From a virus (Duplodnaviria > Caudoviricetes): a DNA stretch of 39,685 bases. Positions 9,426 to 17,293 of the stretch are shown here, piece by piece. Positions within the stretch are counted from its first letter, which is position 1. Each line of letters begins with the position of its first letter. Location of the stretch: the IMG/VR virus record IMGVR_UViG_3300017912_000212, positions 1 to 39,685 of that record; one strand, written 5' to 3'. Made by a program: the position numbers and the translations under genes. The notes beneath the pieces were generated by a model, which saw only the letters and a list, made by a program, of their open reading frames with translations, did no database searches and was not told where the DNA came from.

Positions 9426-9632
9426 GATAAGCCTCTCTTTCGTTGGCAATTAATAGGAAATGAGCAGTTTTACATCAGTGCTCAGGATCAGTTCCAGCAT
9501 GGATCTTACTGTCTGCTCTGGTACGTGATCCACGCAACGTCAACGCCCAGAGTAGTTGCCCCATTTTTATTGCCCTATGGGGAGAGCAGTGCATAAGCAC
9601 TACGAAGCCCTAATGAAAGGGCTTGCTAGTGA

Positions 9633-10124
9633 TTATGAAACAATCGCTTTGAGTGCCTTGAGCATGTCTTGTGGCACATCGTCAGAGTCTTGTAAACCGT
9701 CCTGTCTACGCTTCTCAGCACGGGCAACCAGTGCGGAGATCATGTCAGACAGGTTCATCGGTTTGTATTCGGACTCTTTCTTGAAATCCCAGTAGGGATT
9801 GTCAATGCAAGCACGGGCATCGGTCTCATTGATCTTAGTGCGGTTCTTGTGATAGACAAAGCACTTGTCATCAGTAGACCACACTAGGCCGAGATATGCT
9901 TCAGACCATGCTTTGACCGCATTGCTACGCCAACCAGAAGGCAGGTTGTCAAGCAAAGCATTGACCTGACGAACAGCCACGGTCACATCGCCAGTCTTGT
10001 GCCAACGTACCGCAAGTGAAGCGAGCACACGATGTGTATCGTTTTGCAGCTTAGTACCACGTCTGCCGATTGATGTGATCATATCGTCAATTTTAACGTC
10101 GGTCGTGATAAGAGTAACAGCCAT
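9633..10124 (-). CDS. First early-arm protein, hypothetical (163 aa)
   Basis: ATG 10124 preceded by GGAGG; long ORF at the head of the arm. Confidence 0.8.
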   Translation of the reverse strand: MAVTLITTDVKIDDMITSIGRRGTKLQNDTHRVLASLAVRWHKTGDVTVAVRQVNALLDNLPSGWRSNAVKAWSEAYLGLVWSTDDKCFVYHKNRTKINETDARACIDNPYWDFKKESEYKPMNLSDMISALVARAEKRRQDGLQDSDDVPQDMLKALKAIVS

Positions 10125-10769
10125 AATGAACCTCCATAGATGTAGCTGACTACCATGCATCGGATTGATGCACAGTACAAGCTACACCTAACACGATATC
10201 GTAACCCACAGTCACAGATCGTGCGAGGTATCACTTGTAAGGCCTTGGGTGTATTTCAACATATATCCCCTAGACGCACATAGAATGTCCGTTCCGAGTG
10301 CATAATGCCTATATATAACCTAGAAAAGGTTGACTGTATACCGATTGACAAGTGACGCATAGCACAATCAAATTGCACACTAGCATTGTCACAAACGCAC
10401 GATATCGTCAAAACCTACGAACCTACCGCCGTACCCATAAAGGACTTACACGGACTGTCTTATTGGGCAGCACCACACCACCACCGACAGGTTAGCCAAG
10501 CCATGCAAAAGCATGTAATGTAAACGTTGACTGGTCTCATAGCACTCCCCATACCCAACCACGGGTGGATGCGAACGATAGGCCAACTATGGTCAAAAAC
10601 GGGGCCTAGACCCTAGGGAAAACCCTAGGCGGCGACATCCGAAATTTGATGTACGAACCTTAAAGCATGTGAACGAAAGAAAGTAAAAGGCTATAACGGA
10701 TATAGGCTAAGTTATTGTTTTTATTGGTTTTATTTTATCACATTCATTTTTGCGAATGTGTTGGCTGGA

Positions 10770-11078
10770 CGAATCACCCCAAAGGATAGCGAATCATCCG
10801 AAAGGATAGCCTCTTTTTTTATTATAATGTGTTATCCGAATGGATAGACCATAACTATACGAAAGGATAGGCTAGTGTAATACTTTAGTATACCTATACT
10901 TTTGGCTGTAGTACGAAAGGATAAAACTATACGAAAGGATAATCACTATGACTTTCGTATTGATTATACTTTAGTATATATACCCACAAGTATACATATA
11001 CGAACGGATATAGATAGCCCTATACTATTGGGTGGGGTGGTAGTACTAAAGAATAGCTTGTGTATCCCTTCGTATAGT
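10770..11078. repeat. Array of short (TAC/TCC)GAAAGGATA-like repeats: 7 direct, 1 inverted
   Basis: Copies near 10781, 10799, 10837, 10859, 10912, 10930 and 10999; inverted TATCCCTTCGTATAG at 11063. Confidence 0.85.
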
Positions 11079-11419
11079 TGTCTCATGCGAAACTCCACAA
11101 CCCCTATACTTTCGAGTATAAAACACGATAATTTGCATACGAATAATCTCCTATTGTATATAAAACGTATTACTTTCAGTCACTTAGCTATACTTTGTGA
11201 TTAGCAGCCTATCCAAAAAGGTACACGATCCTATACTTTGGGGTAGGGGCATGGGCCAGGCGGGGGGTGTACGTTATATGTATACCCAGAATGACAGAGA
11301 GGGGGGTTTTTAAGGTGTTAACTACAGTGTTTAAAACGTATCCATGTATACAATCGGGGCCGTTAAGTACAATTCCACAAAATATTACAAGTATTTCCTA
11401 CATTGAAACATTTTGTTAC

Positions 11420-11447
11420 TTGACATGTTCGCAGAAATCTATATAAT
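11420..11447 (+). promoter_or_regulatory. sigma70-type promoter
   Basis: TTGACA-N16-TATAAT. Confidence 0.8.
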
Positions 11448-11449
11448 TA

Positions 11450-11524
11450 TACTTAAAGTAGCCCTTAAGTTTTATTATTCTTATTTATTTAAAATAAATA
11501 AAAACTTTAAGACTACTTTAAGTA
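11450..11524. repeat. Long AT-rich inverted repeat with perfect 12-bp outer arms
   Basis: TACTTAAAGTAG (11450-11461) and CTACTTTAAGTA (11513-11524), with further imperfect inner pairing. Confidence 0.9.
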
Positions 11525-11554
11525 CATAAAATTATTTTTTGTCGTAGTTTTTTA

Positions 11555-11582
11555 TTGACATAGCCAAAAGTAAAGGTATAAC
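11555..11582 (+). promoter_or_regulatory. sigma70-type promoter
   Basis: TTGACA-N16-TATAAC. Confidence 0.75.
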
Positions 11583-11586
11583 TAGG

Positions 11587-11817
11587 GTGTCTGAAAAAAT
11601 ATTAGAAGATTTTTACGCATCTCTTGCAAGTAATAACTCAAGAAAACTTAAAAGGATGCACATCCCTAGATCTGATGTATTCTATATAAGGGAAAAGATA
11701 CACCAAGATACAGGTGTACGCTACACTTTAGACAGAGTAGAACGTGCAATGTATCTTGAAGGCATGTTAAAAAAAGAAGATGTCTTAGATCCAAATAGAA
11801 AGAGGAACTGGGAGTGA
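11587..11817 (+). CDS. Hypothetical protein (76 aa)
   Basis: GTG start only 4 nt after the -10 box, no SD. The stop overlaps the next start. Confidence 0.65.
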   Translation: MSEKILEDFYASLASNNSRKLKRMHIPRSDVFYIREKIHQDTGVRYTLDRVERAMYLEGMLKKEDVLDPNRKRNWE

Positions 11818-12032
11818 TGGCTAGCACTATTATAGACGAGTACAAGGTCTTTCCACGACTAATGATGCTCGTAGTAACAATCTTAACCTATCAATCTGTG
11901 CATTGGTATATGTCTTTACCTGAACCAACCACAGGACAAGCAGGGCTAGTGTCTGTTTGTATGGGTGCACTGACAGGTTGTTTTGGTATCTGGATGAACA
12001 AAGAAGCTAAAACAGACCGTGGTACGAACTAA
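11814..12032 (+). CDS. Small two-TM membrane protein (holin/antiholin-like)
   Basis: Two hydrophobic segments; located in the lysis cassette. Confidence 0.6.
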   Translation: MMASTIIDEYKVFPRLMMLVVTILTYQSVHWYMSLPEPTTGQAGLVSVCMGALTGCFGIWMNKEAKTDRGTN

Positions 12033-12241
12033 TGTATATTATTGCTATAATAATGTTTGTAAACGGAGTACATCAAATAGCTTCAGATCAAATGCTATAC
12101 GCAAACTTAGAAATGTGTGAAGTTGCAGAAGAATTATTAGTACAAAACTTAGAATCTGCTAAACCCACCCCAGACTCTTTTGTAATTACTAAATGCGTAG
12201 AGATGTCTTTTGCTAAAAAATCAAAAGGAATAGCCCTATGA
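12032..12241 (+). CDS. Hypothetical protein with hydrophobic N-terminus and 2 Cys
   Basis: Translationally coupled on both sides. Confidence 0.6.
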   Translation: MYIIAIIMFVNGVHQIASDQMLYANLEMCEVAEELLVQNLESAKPTPDSFVITKCVEMSFAKKSKGIAL

Positions 12242-12624
12242 TCCAAGCATTAATAGGACCGATAACTGAACTAGCGGGAACATGGTTAAATGGAAAAGTT
12301 CAAACAAAAGCTGCAGAGACTAAAGCAAAGGTTGCCAAAGCTGAAGCTGAAGCACAGATTATGCTCTCTCGTGCAACCAGTGAGGCAGACTGGGAAAAGA
12401 TTATGGCACAAGGTTCTCAGTCTAGTTGGAAAGACGAGTGGCTAACCATACTCTTTAGTATACCTCTTATACTTGTGTTTACAGGAGATTGGGGTAGAGA
12501 AGTAGTTGCCAATGGCTTTACAGCTCTTGAAGCTATGCCTGATTGGTATCAGTATACACTTGGGGTTATTGTAGCTGCAAGCTTTGGTGTAAGGTCAGCT
12601 ACTAGATTATTTGGGAAAAAATAA
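12238..12624 (+). CDS. Holin (GTA-type 3-TM holin-like)
   Basis: SSWKDEW, TM segments, MPDWYQY...ASFGVR; directly upstream of the endolysin. Confidence 0.75.
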   Translation: MIQALIGPITELAGTWLNGKVQTKAAETKAKVAKAEAEAQIMLSRATSEADWEKIMAQGSQSSWKDEWLTILFSIPLILVFTGDWGREVVANGFTALEAMPDWYQYTLGVIVAASFGVRSATRLFGKK

Positions 12625-13091
12625 TGGCATTTAAACTAAGCAAACGATCACTAAATAAATTAGAGGGTGTTCACCCCGATATGGTAGCCACTGTTAAACG
12701 TGCTATTGAATTGACTACAGTAGACTTTGGTGTAACGTACGGTGTACGTACATTAGAAGAACAAAAGAAACTGTATGCAGAAGGACGTTCACAGACTATG
12801 AAATCTAAGCATTTAATTCAAGATACAGGCTATAGCCATGCCGTAGACCTTGTTGCCTATGATGGACCAAATGTAGTTTGGGAATTAAATGTTTACGATA
12901 ACATTGCAGATGCAATGGCAGAAGCAGCTAATGAAGTAGGTTGTCCCATTAAGTGGGGAGCAGCTTGGTCAGTAGGTGATATTACTAAATACGTAGGTAC
13001 TATGGAAGACGCAATGAATGAATACATTGACTTGCGTAGATCACAGGGTCGTAGGCCATTTATTGATGGTCCACACTTTGAATTAATTTGA
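12624..13091 (+). CDS. Endolysin, M15 L-Ala-D-Glu peptidase
   Basis: LEGVHPD, GVRTLEEQ, SKH....AVD, WG, DGPHFEL. Confidence 0.9.
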   Translation: MAFKLSKRSLNKLEGVHPDMVATVKRAIELTTVDFGVTYGVRTLEEQKKLYAEGRSQTMKSKHLIQDTGYSHAVDLVAYDGPNVVWELNVYDNIADAMAEAANEVGCPIKWGAAWSVGDITKYVGTMEDAMNEYIDLRRSQGRRPFIDGPHFELI

Positions 13092-13115
13092 CGGTAAAAT
13101 ACTTTTTAGTATAAT
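13088..13115 (+). promoter_or_regulatory. sigma70-type promoter followed by a leader hairpin (13128-13162)
   Basis: TTGACG-N16-TATAAT; stem ATGGGGG/CCCCCAT. Confidence 0.7.
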
Positions 13116-13177
13116 TAATAATATTTAATGGGGGTGAAGAGAACCGTCCTTGTTTCCCCCATAGATTTGGATACAAA

Positions 13178-13462
13178 ATGGCAACAACTAAAGATGTAGA
13201 AAATCTAAGTAACGGCAGAAAAAAATATCGTGGTGAAATTTATCCAGGATATAACAAACCAAAGAAAACACCTGGCGAAGCTAAAAAATCTGCAGTGTTA
13301 GCAAAAAAAGGTGATCAAGTAAAGGTCGTTCGTTTTGGTGATCCCAAAATGTCTATTAAAAAAGATCAGCCAGCCAGACGTAAAAGTTTTAGAGCTAGGC
13401 ATAATTGCGATACAGCAACCGATAGATTTACTGCAAGATATTGGTCGTGTAAAGCTTGGTAA
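13178..13462 (+). CDS. Basic conserved phage protein (94 aa)
   Basis: VRFGDP...RRKSFRARHNC...ARYWSCKAW motif. Confidence 0.8.
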   Translation: MATTKDVENLSNGRKKYRGEIYPGYNKPKKTPGEAKKSAVLAKKGDQVKVVRFGDPKMSIKKDQPARRKSFRARHNCDTATDRFTARYWSCKAW

Positions 13463-13468
13463 TCTAAA

Positions 13469-13681
13469 ATGCAGGTAAGTTTAGGTCTTTTAGATTATAT
13501 GCCTTTAGCTCAGTTACCCTTTGATAAGGTACCTACAGAAAAACAAAGAATAGTAGAAGAATCCTATAGGGCTATAGATAAAAGGGCAGAAGAGTTTAAG
13601 CATGAAAGTATTTATGCTTATCATCCACACAATCAAAATAAAGTACCACAAGGACAAATAGTTGATTTTGTCGTAGCATAA
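13469..13681 (+). CDS. Hypothetical protein (70 aa)
   Basis: Fills the gap in the operon. Confidence 0.6.
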   Translation: MQVSLGLLDYMPLAQLPFDKVPTEKQRIVEESYRAIDKRAEEFKHESIYAYHPHNQNKVPQGQIVDFVVA

Positions 13682-13694
13682 TAAGAGGTAGTCA

Positions 13695-14375
13695 ATGCCC
13701 TATTTAACAAGTAGTATCCCATATTTTAAAGCTTGGGTTAGAAGAGAATATACAAAAAATTTAGAGGGGTATCATGGAGAGTATCTCCACTGTATGGTCA
13801 TTGGCGTCACTACAATGCCAAACAGAACACTCAGTTTTCAAGTTATCTTTACAGGGTGTGAGTCAGATGATACAGAAGATGAAAATATTCATGGCGGAGC
13901 TATGTGGGCGAGATTGCCCTTAACAGCTTTAGTTGCAGATGTACCATACGAGGAATGGCCTAAAGAGTTACCCCCATACTTAGCGCAACCTTGGGATTGT
14001 ATGTCGCATCACCACGCTGTATATAAGCTTGACAGAGCCACACCAGCTCCGTGGATAGCAAAAGTAGATGGAGAGTTTTACCCAGCTAAATATTACTTTA
14101 CAGTTGATTACACAGACAGTGAAGTAGCAGATGACCCAGCGCAGCACAAACAAAGTCACGTACTTGAATTATTAGATGCTGGTAAATACACAGGTAACAT
14201 AGTTGCGTTACCCAACAATAGAGTGAGAGTAACTCACCCAGCTTGGTTTGAAACAGGGGAAGGTGCTCCAGACTTTAAACCAAATCAACATATATACAAC
14301 TCAAAAGAAAACGTAGACTATGTATGGGATACGCAACGAGTGTTTAATAATTTATATAGTGAGGATGAATTATGA
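13695..14375 (+). CDS. Conserved phage hypothetical protein (226 aa)
   Basis: GAGG SD; motifs HGGAMWARLP, QPWDC, QHKQSH, LPNNR. Confidence 0.8.
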   Translation: MPYLTSSIPYFKAWVRREYTKNLEGYHGEYLHCMVIGVTTMPNRTLSFQVIFTGCESDDTEDENIHGGAMWARLPLTALVADVPYEEWPKELPPYLAQPWDCMSHHHAVYKLDRATPAPWIAKVDGEFYPAKYYFTVDYTDSEVADDPAQHKQSHVLELLDAGKYTGNIVALPNNRVRVTHPAWFETGEGAPDFKPNQHIYNSKENVDYVWDTQRVFNNLYSEDEL

Positions 14376-14638
14376 TGAAGAAAAAAGGTTACGCAAAAGG
14401 CGGCATGAAAAAGAAAGGCTATGCTAAAGGAGGTCTTAAACCTGCTCCTAACAAAGGTGCTGCTTCTCTTCCAAAAGCAGTACGCAATAAGATGGGCTTT
14501 ATGAATAAAGGTGGTATGCCTAAGAAAAAAGGCTATGGAGCTGGTGGTCTTGTAATATCTACAGGGACACTTAATACTGGCATTAGGAAAACCTCTGGTG
14601 GTTCCACAAAAGGTGGTAAAGTAGGTGGTAAGAAGTAA
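14372..14638 (+). CDS. Lys/Gly-rich basic protein with repeated KKKGYAKGG units
   Basis: Translation shows YAKGGM, YAKGGL, MNKGGM and YGAGGL. Confidence 0.75.
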   Translation: MMKKKGYAKGGMKKKGYAKGGLKPAPNKGAASLPKAVRNKMGFMNKGGMPKKKGYGAGGLVISTGTLNTGIRKTSGGSTKGGKVGGKK

Positions 14639-15453
14639 TGGCTGCTCCTGTTATTTATATCTTAGGTGGTGTAATAGTTAGAGCTGCTACACCAGCTATT
14701 CGTAGAAGATTAGTTGCTGCTGGATTTAGAAAAGCTAGTCCCTCTATAGCTGGTAGTAAAGCTAATATTACAACTGCTACTAATAAAAATATTATATCCC
14801 TTATTACCCGTGCTATAAAAGGAGCTAGAACTTCTACATCAGGTCAAATTACTAAACCAGCTCCAGCAAGTAAACCTAAGTCACTTGCAGAAGTTCGTCG
14901 AGCTATTAAACGAAATGCAGAAAAAGTATCTAGTAAAAAGTTTGGAGAAAAGAAACTTAGCAGTTATGGTCCAGTAGGTGGTCCTAAACCTAAACCTAAA
15001 TCTAGTTCAAAAGCTAATACCCCGATGAGTTTTTCTCGTGCAGCTTCACAAGTTGGAAATAATACAACAAGTGAAAAACCTAAATCAAAAGCTCCAAGTG
15101 TAACAGCAAAAGCTCCCAGTGTAACACCAAAAGCTAAAGGTAAAACTGTTGAAGAAATTAAAAAAACGGCGGCAGCAGCAATTGCAGAAGTTGAAAGTCA
15201 AGATGCAGCAATTGATAAGATGGAAGCTAAGTATATAAATAGCAGTGTAGAAAAATTAAAATCTAGCTTACGACCTAAAGCTAGACCAGCAACTATAAAG
15301 AACACTTTATCTGCGTTTGAAAAAGCTTTTAAAGCTGCCCGTAAAAGTAAAAAGTATTCATTTCCTTTTAGAGGTAAAGAATATACCACTCGTTATAAAG
15401 AAGAAACTGTGGCTGAACATAGAAAAAAATTTCCTAAGAAGAAAAAGAAATGA
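14638..15453 (+). CDS. Lys/Ala/Ser-rich basic protein (271 aa)
   Basis: TAATG coupling; KAPSVT tandem; C-terminal FEKAFKAARK...F.FRGKEYTT. Confidence 0.75.
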   Translation: MAAPVIYILGGVIVRAATPAIRRRLVAAGFRKASPSIAGSKANITTATNKNIISLITRAIKGARTSTSGQITKPAPASKPKSLAEVRRAIKRNAEKVSSKKFGEKKLSSYGPVGGPKPKPKSSSKANTPMSFSRAASQVGNNTTSEKPKSKAPSVTAKAPSVTPKAKGKTVEEIKKTAAAAIAEVESQDAAIDKMEAKYINSSVEKLKSSLRPKARPATIKNTLSAFEKAFKAARKSKKYSFPFRGKEYTTRYKEETVAEHRKKFPKKKKK

Positions 15454-15815
15454 CTGTACTTAACGTAGCAAAGTTTTTTACTGCAGCTAAAGATTTAGAT
15501 GCGACAGCAGGCGGTGTAAGTGGTAACGTAATATACACTTGTCCACCTAACTTTGTTTCACTAATACGATATATACACGTATCTAATGGCTCTAGTAACA
15601 ATAAAAAGTTTAGCCTTCAGTGGTACGATGCATCAACAACAACCTATCATTTATTTGTAGATGAACATGCATTATCATCTAATAGTATTGTAGAGATAAT
15701 ACAGGGTGGTGGATACTTGGCTCTTGAACCAGGTGATAAGATTATAGGCTTTGAGGAAGCATCATCTGATTTTCATGTAATAGTTTCTGGAGAAGAACAC
15801 TTTCAACCTGCATAA
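15450..15815 (+). CDS. Probable small beta-rich virion protein (121 aa)
   Basis: IYTCP...LALEPGDKI pattern. Confidence 0.65.
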   Translation: MTVLNVAKFFTAAKDLDATAGGVSGNVIYTCPPNFVSLIRYIHVSNGSSNNKKFSLQWYDASTTTYHLFVDEHALSSNSIVEIIQGGGYLALEPGDKIIGFEEASSDFHVIVSGEEHFQPA

Positions 15816-15820
15816 CGGGG

Positions 15821-15849
15821 TTGCAATATTAGCAATAGTATGATATAAC
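15821..15849 (+). promoter_or_regulatory. sigma70-type promoter for the DUF1127 gene
   Basis: TTGCAA-N17-TATAAC with TG extended -10. Confidence 0.65.
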
Positions 15850-15895
15850 TAAATATGTAAAACTATCTCCGCACACAACAAAAAGGAGATAGTGC

Positions 15896-16039
15896 ATGTT
15901 TAAACGTATCTATAATTTTATAAAAGAATCAAACGAAAAAAGAATAGCATACTGGCAACTCAATAATATGTCAGATAAATCTCTTAAAGATATAGGAATA
16001 AGTCGTGGCGAAATCTACTCGAAAATCTACGGTCAATAA
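15896..16039 (+). CDS. DUF1127 (YjiS-like) small protein, 47 aa
   Basis: Not in the ORF track. MFKRIYNFIKESNEKRIAYWQLNNMSDKSLKDIGISRGEIYSKIYGQ matches L..MSD..L.DIG..R..I; AAGGAG SD. Confidence 0.88.
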   Translation: MFKRIYNFIKESNEKRIAYWQLNNMSDKSLKDIGISRGEIYSKIYGQ

Positions 16040-16244
16040 ACCCACTAGAGCTTATTCTAGAGGTGGAGCAGCTAAAAGCAAAGTTAATGAGGCTGGTAAC
16101 TATACTAAACCTGGTATGCGTAAAAGCTTGTTCAATAGTATTAAAGCGGGTGGTAAAGGTGGTGCTCCTGGTCAATGGTCAGCACGTAAAGCTCAAATGT
16201 TAGCCAAACAATATAAAGCAAAAGGCGGGGGTTATAGATCGTGA
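16005..16244 (+). CDS. Basic conserved phage protein (79 aa)
   Basis: GQWSARKAQMLAKQYKAKGGGY motif; start uncertain because it overlaps the DUF1127 gene. Confidence 0.75.
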   Translation: MAKSTRKSTVNKPTRAYSRGGAAKSKVNEAGNYTKPGMRKSLFNSIKAGGKGGAPGQWSARKAQMLAKQYKAKGGGYRS

Positions 16245-16525
16245 CTCTCGCCAAATCACAGCAAAGTCTTAAAAGCTGGACTAAGCAGAAGTGGAGAACT
16301 AAAAGTGGTAAGCCTTCTACTCAGGGACCAAAGGCGACTGGTGAACGTTACCTTCCTTCTTCAGCTATTAAGTCTCTTAGCAGCAGTGAGTATGCCGCTA
16401 CAACCGCAGCTAAAAGAAAAGGCAAGGCTGCAGGTAAGCAGCATGTGGCTCAACCTAAAAGCATTGCAAAGAAAACGAAATCCTTTAGAGCCGCCAGGGG
16501 TGGAATGACAAGGAAAAAGAAATGA
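16241..16525 (+). CDS. Basic conserved phage protein (94 aa)
   Basis: SLKSWTKQKWRTKSGK...GERYLP; coupled on both sides. Confidence 0.75.
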   Translation: MTLAKSQQSLKSWTKQKWRTKSGKPSTQGPKATGERYLPSSAIKSLSSSEYAATTAAKRKGKAAGKQHVAQPKSIAKKTKSFRAARGGMTRKKK

Positions 16526-16887
16526 AAAACCTTACAGAAAAACAACAAATCTTTTTAGAAGTTTTATTTGAAGAAGCTGGTGGAAACCCTGTTAAAGCTA
16601 AAAAGCTTGCAGGGTATTCTGATAATGTATCTTCAACAACTGTAATGGCTGGACTTATAGATGAAATTGCTGAGGCTACGAAAAAATTTATTGCAACTCG
16701 TGGCCCACAAGCAGCTTGGTCAATGATGGAGATTTTGCAAAATCCTACCGACCTCGGAAATAAAGAAAAGATGGCAGCAGCAAAAGACTTTCTTGACCGA
16801 GCTGGCTTTGTAAAAACAGAGAAGGTAGAAGTAAAAGCCGATAGTCCTCTGTTTATCCTACCTCCAAAAGATAATGAAAATAAATAA
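16522..16887 (+). CDS. terS: Terminase small subunit (probable)
   Basis: LTEKQQIF...A.KLAGYS HTH, AAKDFLDRAG; lies upstream of TerL. Confidence 0.7.
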   Translation: MKNLTEKQQIFLEVLFEEAGGNPVKAKKLAGYSDNVSSTTVMAGLIDEIAEATKKFIATRGPQAAWSMMEILQNPTDLGNKEKMAAAKDFLDRAGFVKTEKVEVKADSPLFILPPKDNENK

Positions 16888-17293
16888 AACATGGAAACTA
16901 CCAAAACCAATTGAGACTGAAGATGGGTACGAATGGGCGCCTGTAGTCAGAGTAGGGAGAGTTATCCCATTTGGTTATAAACAAAGTGAAGAAGATAGGG
17001 ATATACTTTTACCTATACCAGAAGAGTTAGATCTTTTAGAACAAGCTAAAAAACATCTAAAGCAATACAGCTATAGAGATGTGGCAGCTTGGTTAAGTCA
17101 AACCTCTGGTAAATACCTATCTCACGTAGGATTATATAAGAGAATTAAGCTTGAGCAAAAACGTAAGACAGAAGCTGCAACTCAACGCTACTATGCCAAA
17201 CGGTACAAAGAGGCGGCAGAGAAAGCAGAAAAACTCGAAGCCCAAAGAATTGGAGCAAAAGACTACAGCAGCGAGGGAGAAGATAGAGTTTGA
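16874..17293 (+). CDS. Hypothetical HTH-like DNA-binding protein (139 aa)
   Basis: IPFGY...SYRDVAAWL...LSHVGL.K resembles a recombinase-type DNA-binding helix. Confidence 0.65.
   Translation: MKINKTWKLPKPIETEDGYEWAPVVRVGRVIPFGYKQSEEDRDILLPIPEELDLLEQAKKHLKQYSYRDVAAWLSQTSGKYLSHVGLYKRIKLEQKRKTEAATQRYYAKRYKEAAEKAEKLEAQRIGAKDYSSEGEDRV

Noticed and set aside
9099-9449. IS3 insertion sequence
   Set aside because: No DDE transposase, terminal inverted repeats or target duplication.
260-9795. Short alternative-frame and antisense ORFs inside early-arm genes (for example 636-926, 8242-8511, 9048-9401, 9556-9795)
   Set aside because: Shadows of well-supported minus-strand genes, with no SD or motifs.
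10770-11078. Repeat array as a CRISPR or mini-CRISPR
   Set aside because: Units are only about 10-14 bp, degenerate and irregularly spaced; no cas genes.
10902-11204. 100-aa plus-strand ORF
   Set aside because: TTG start, no SD, and made of the DNA repeats; likely spurious.
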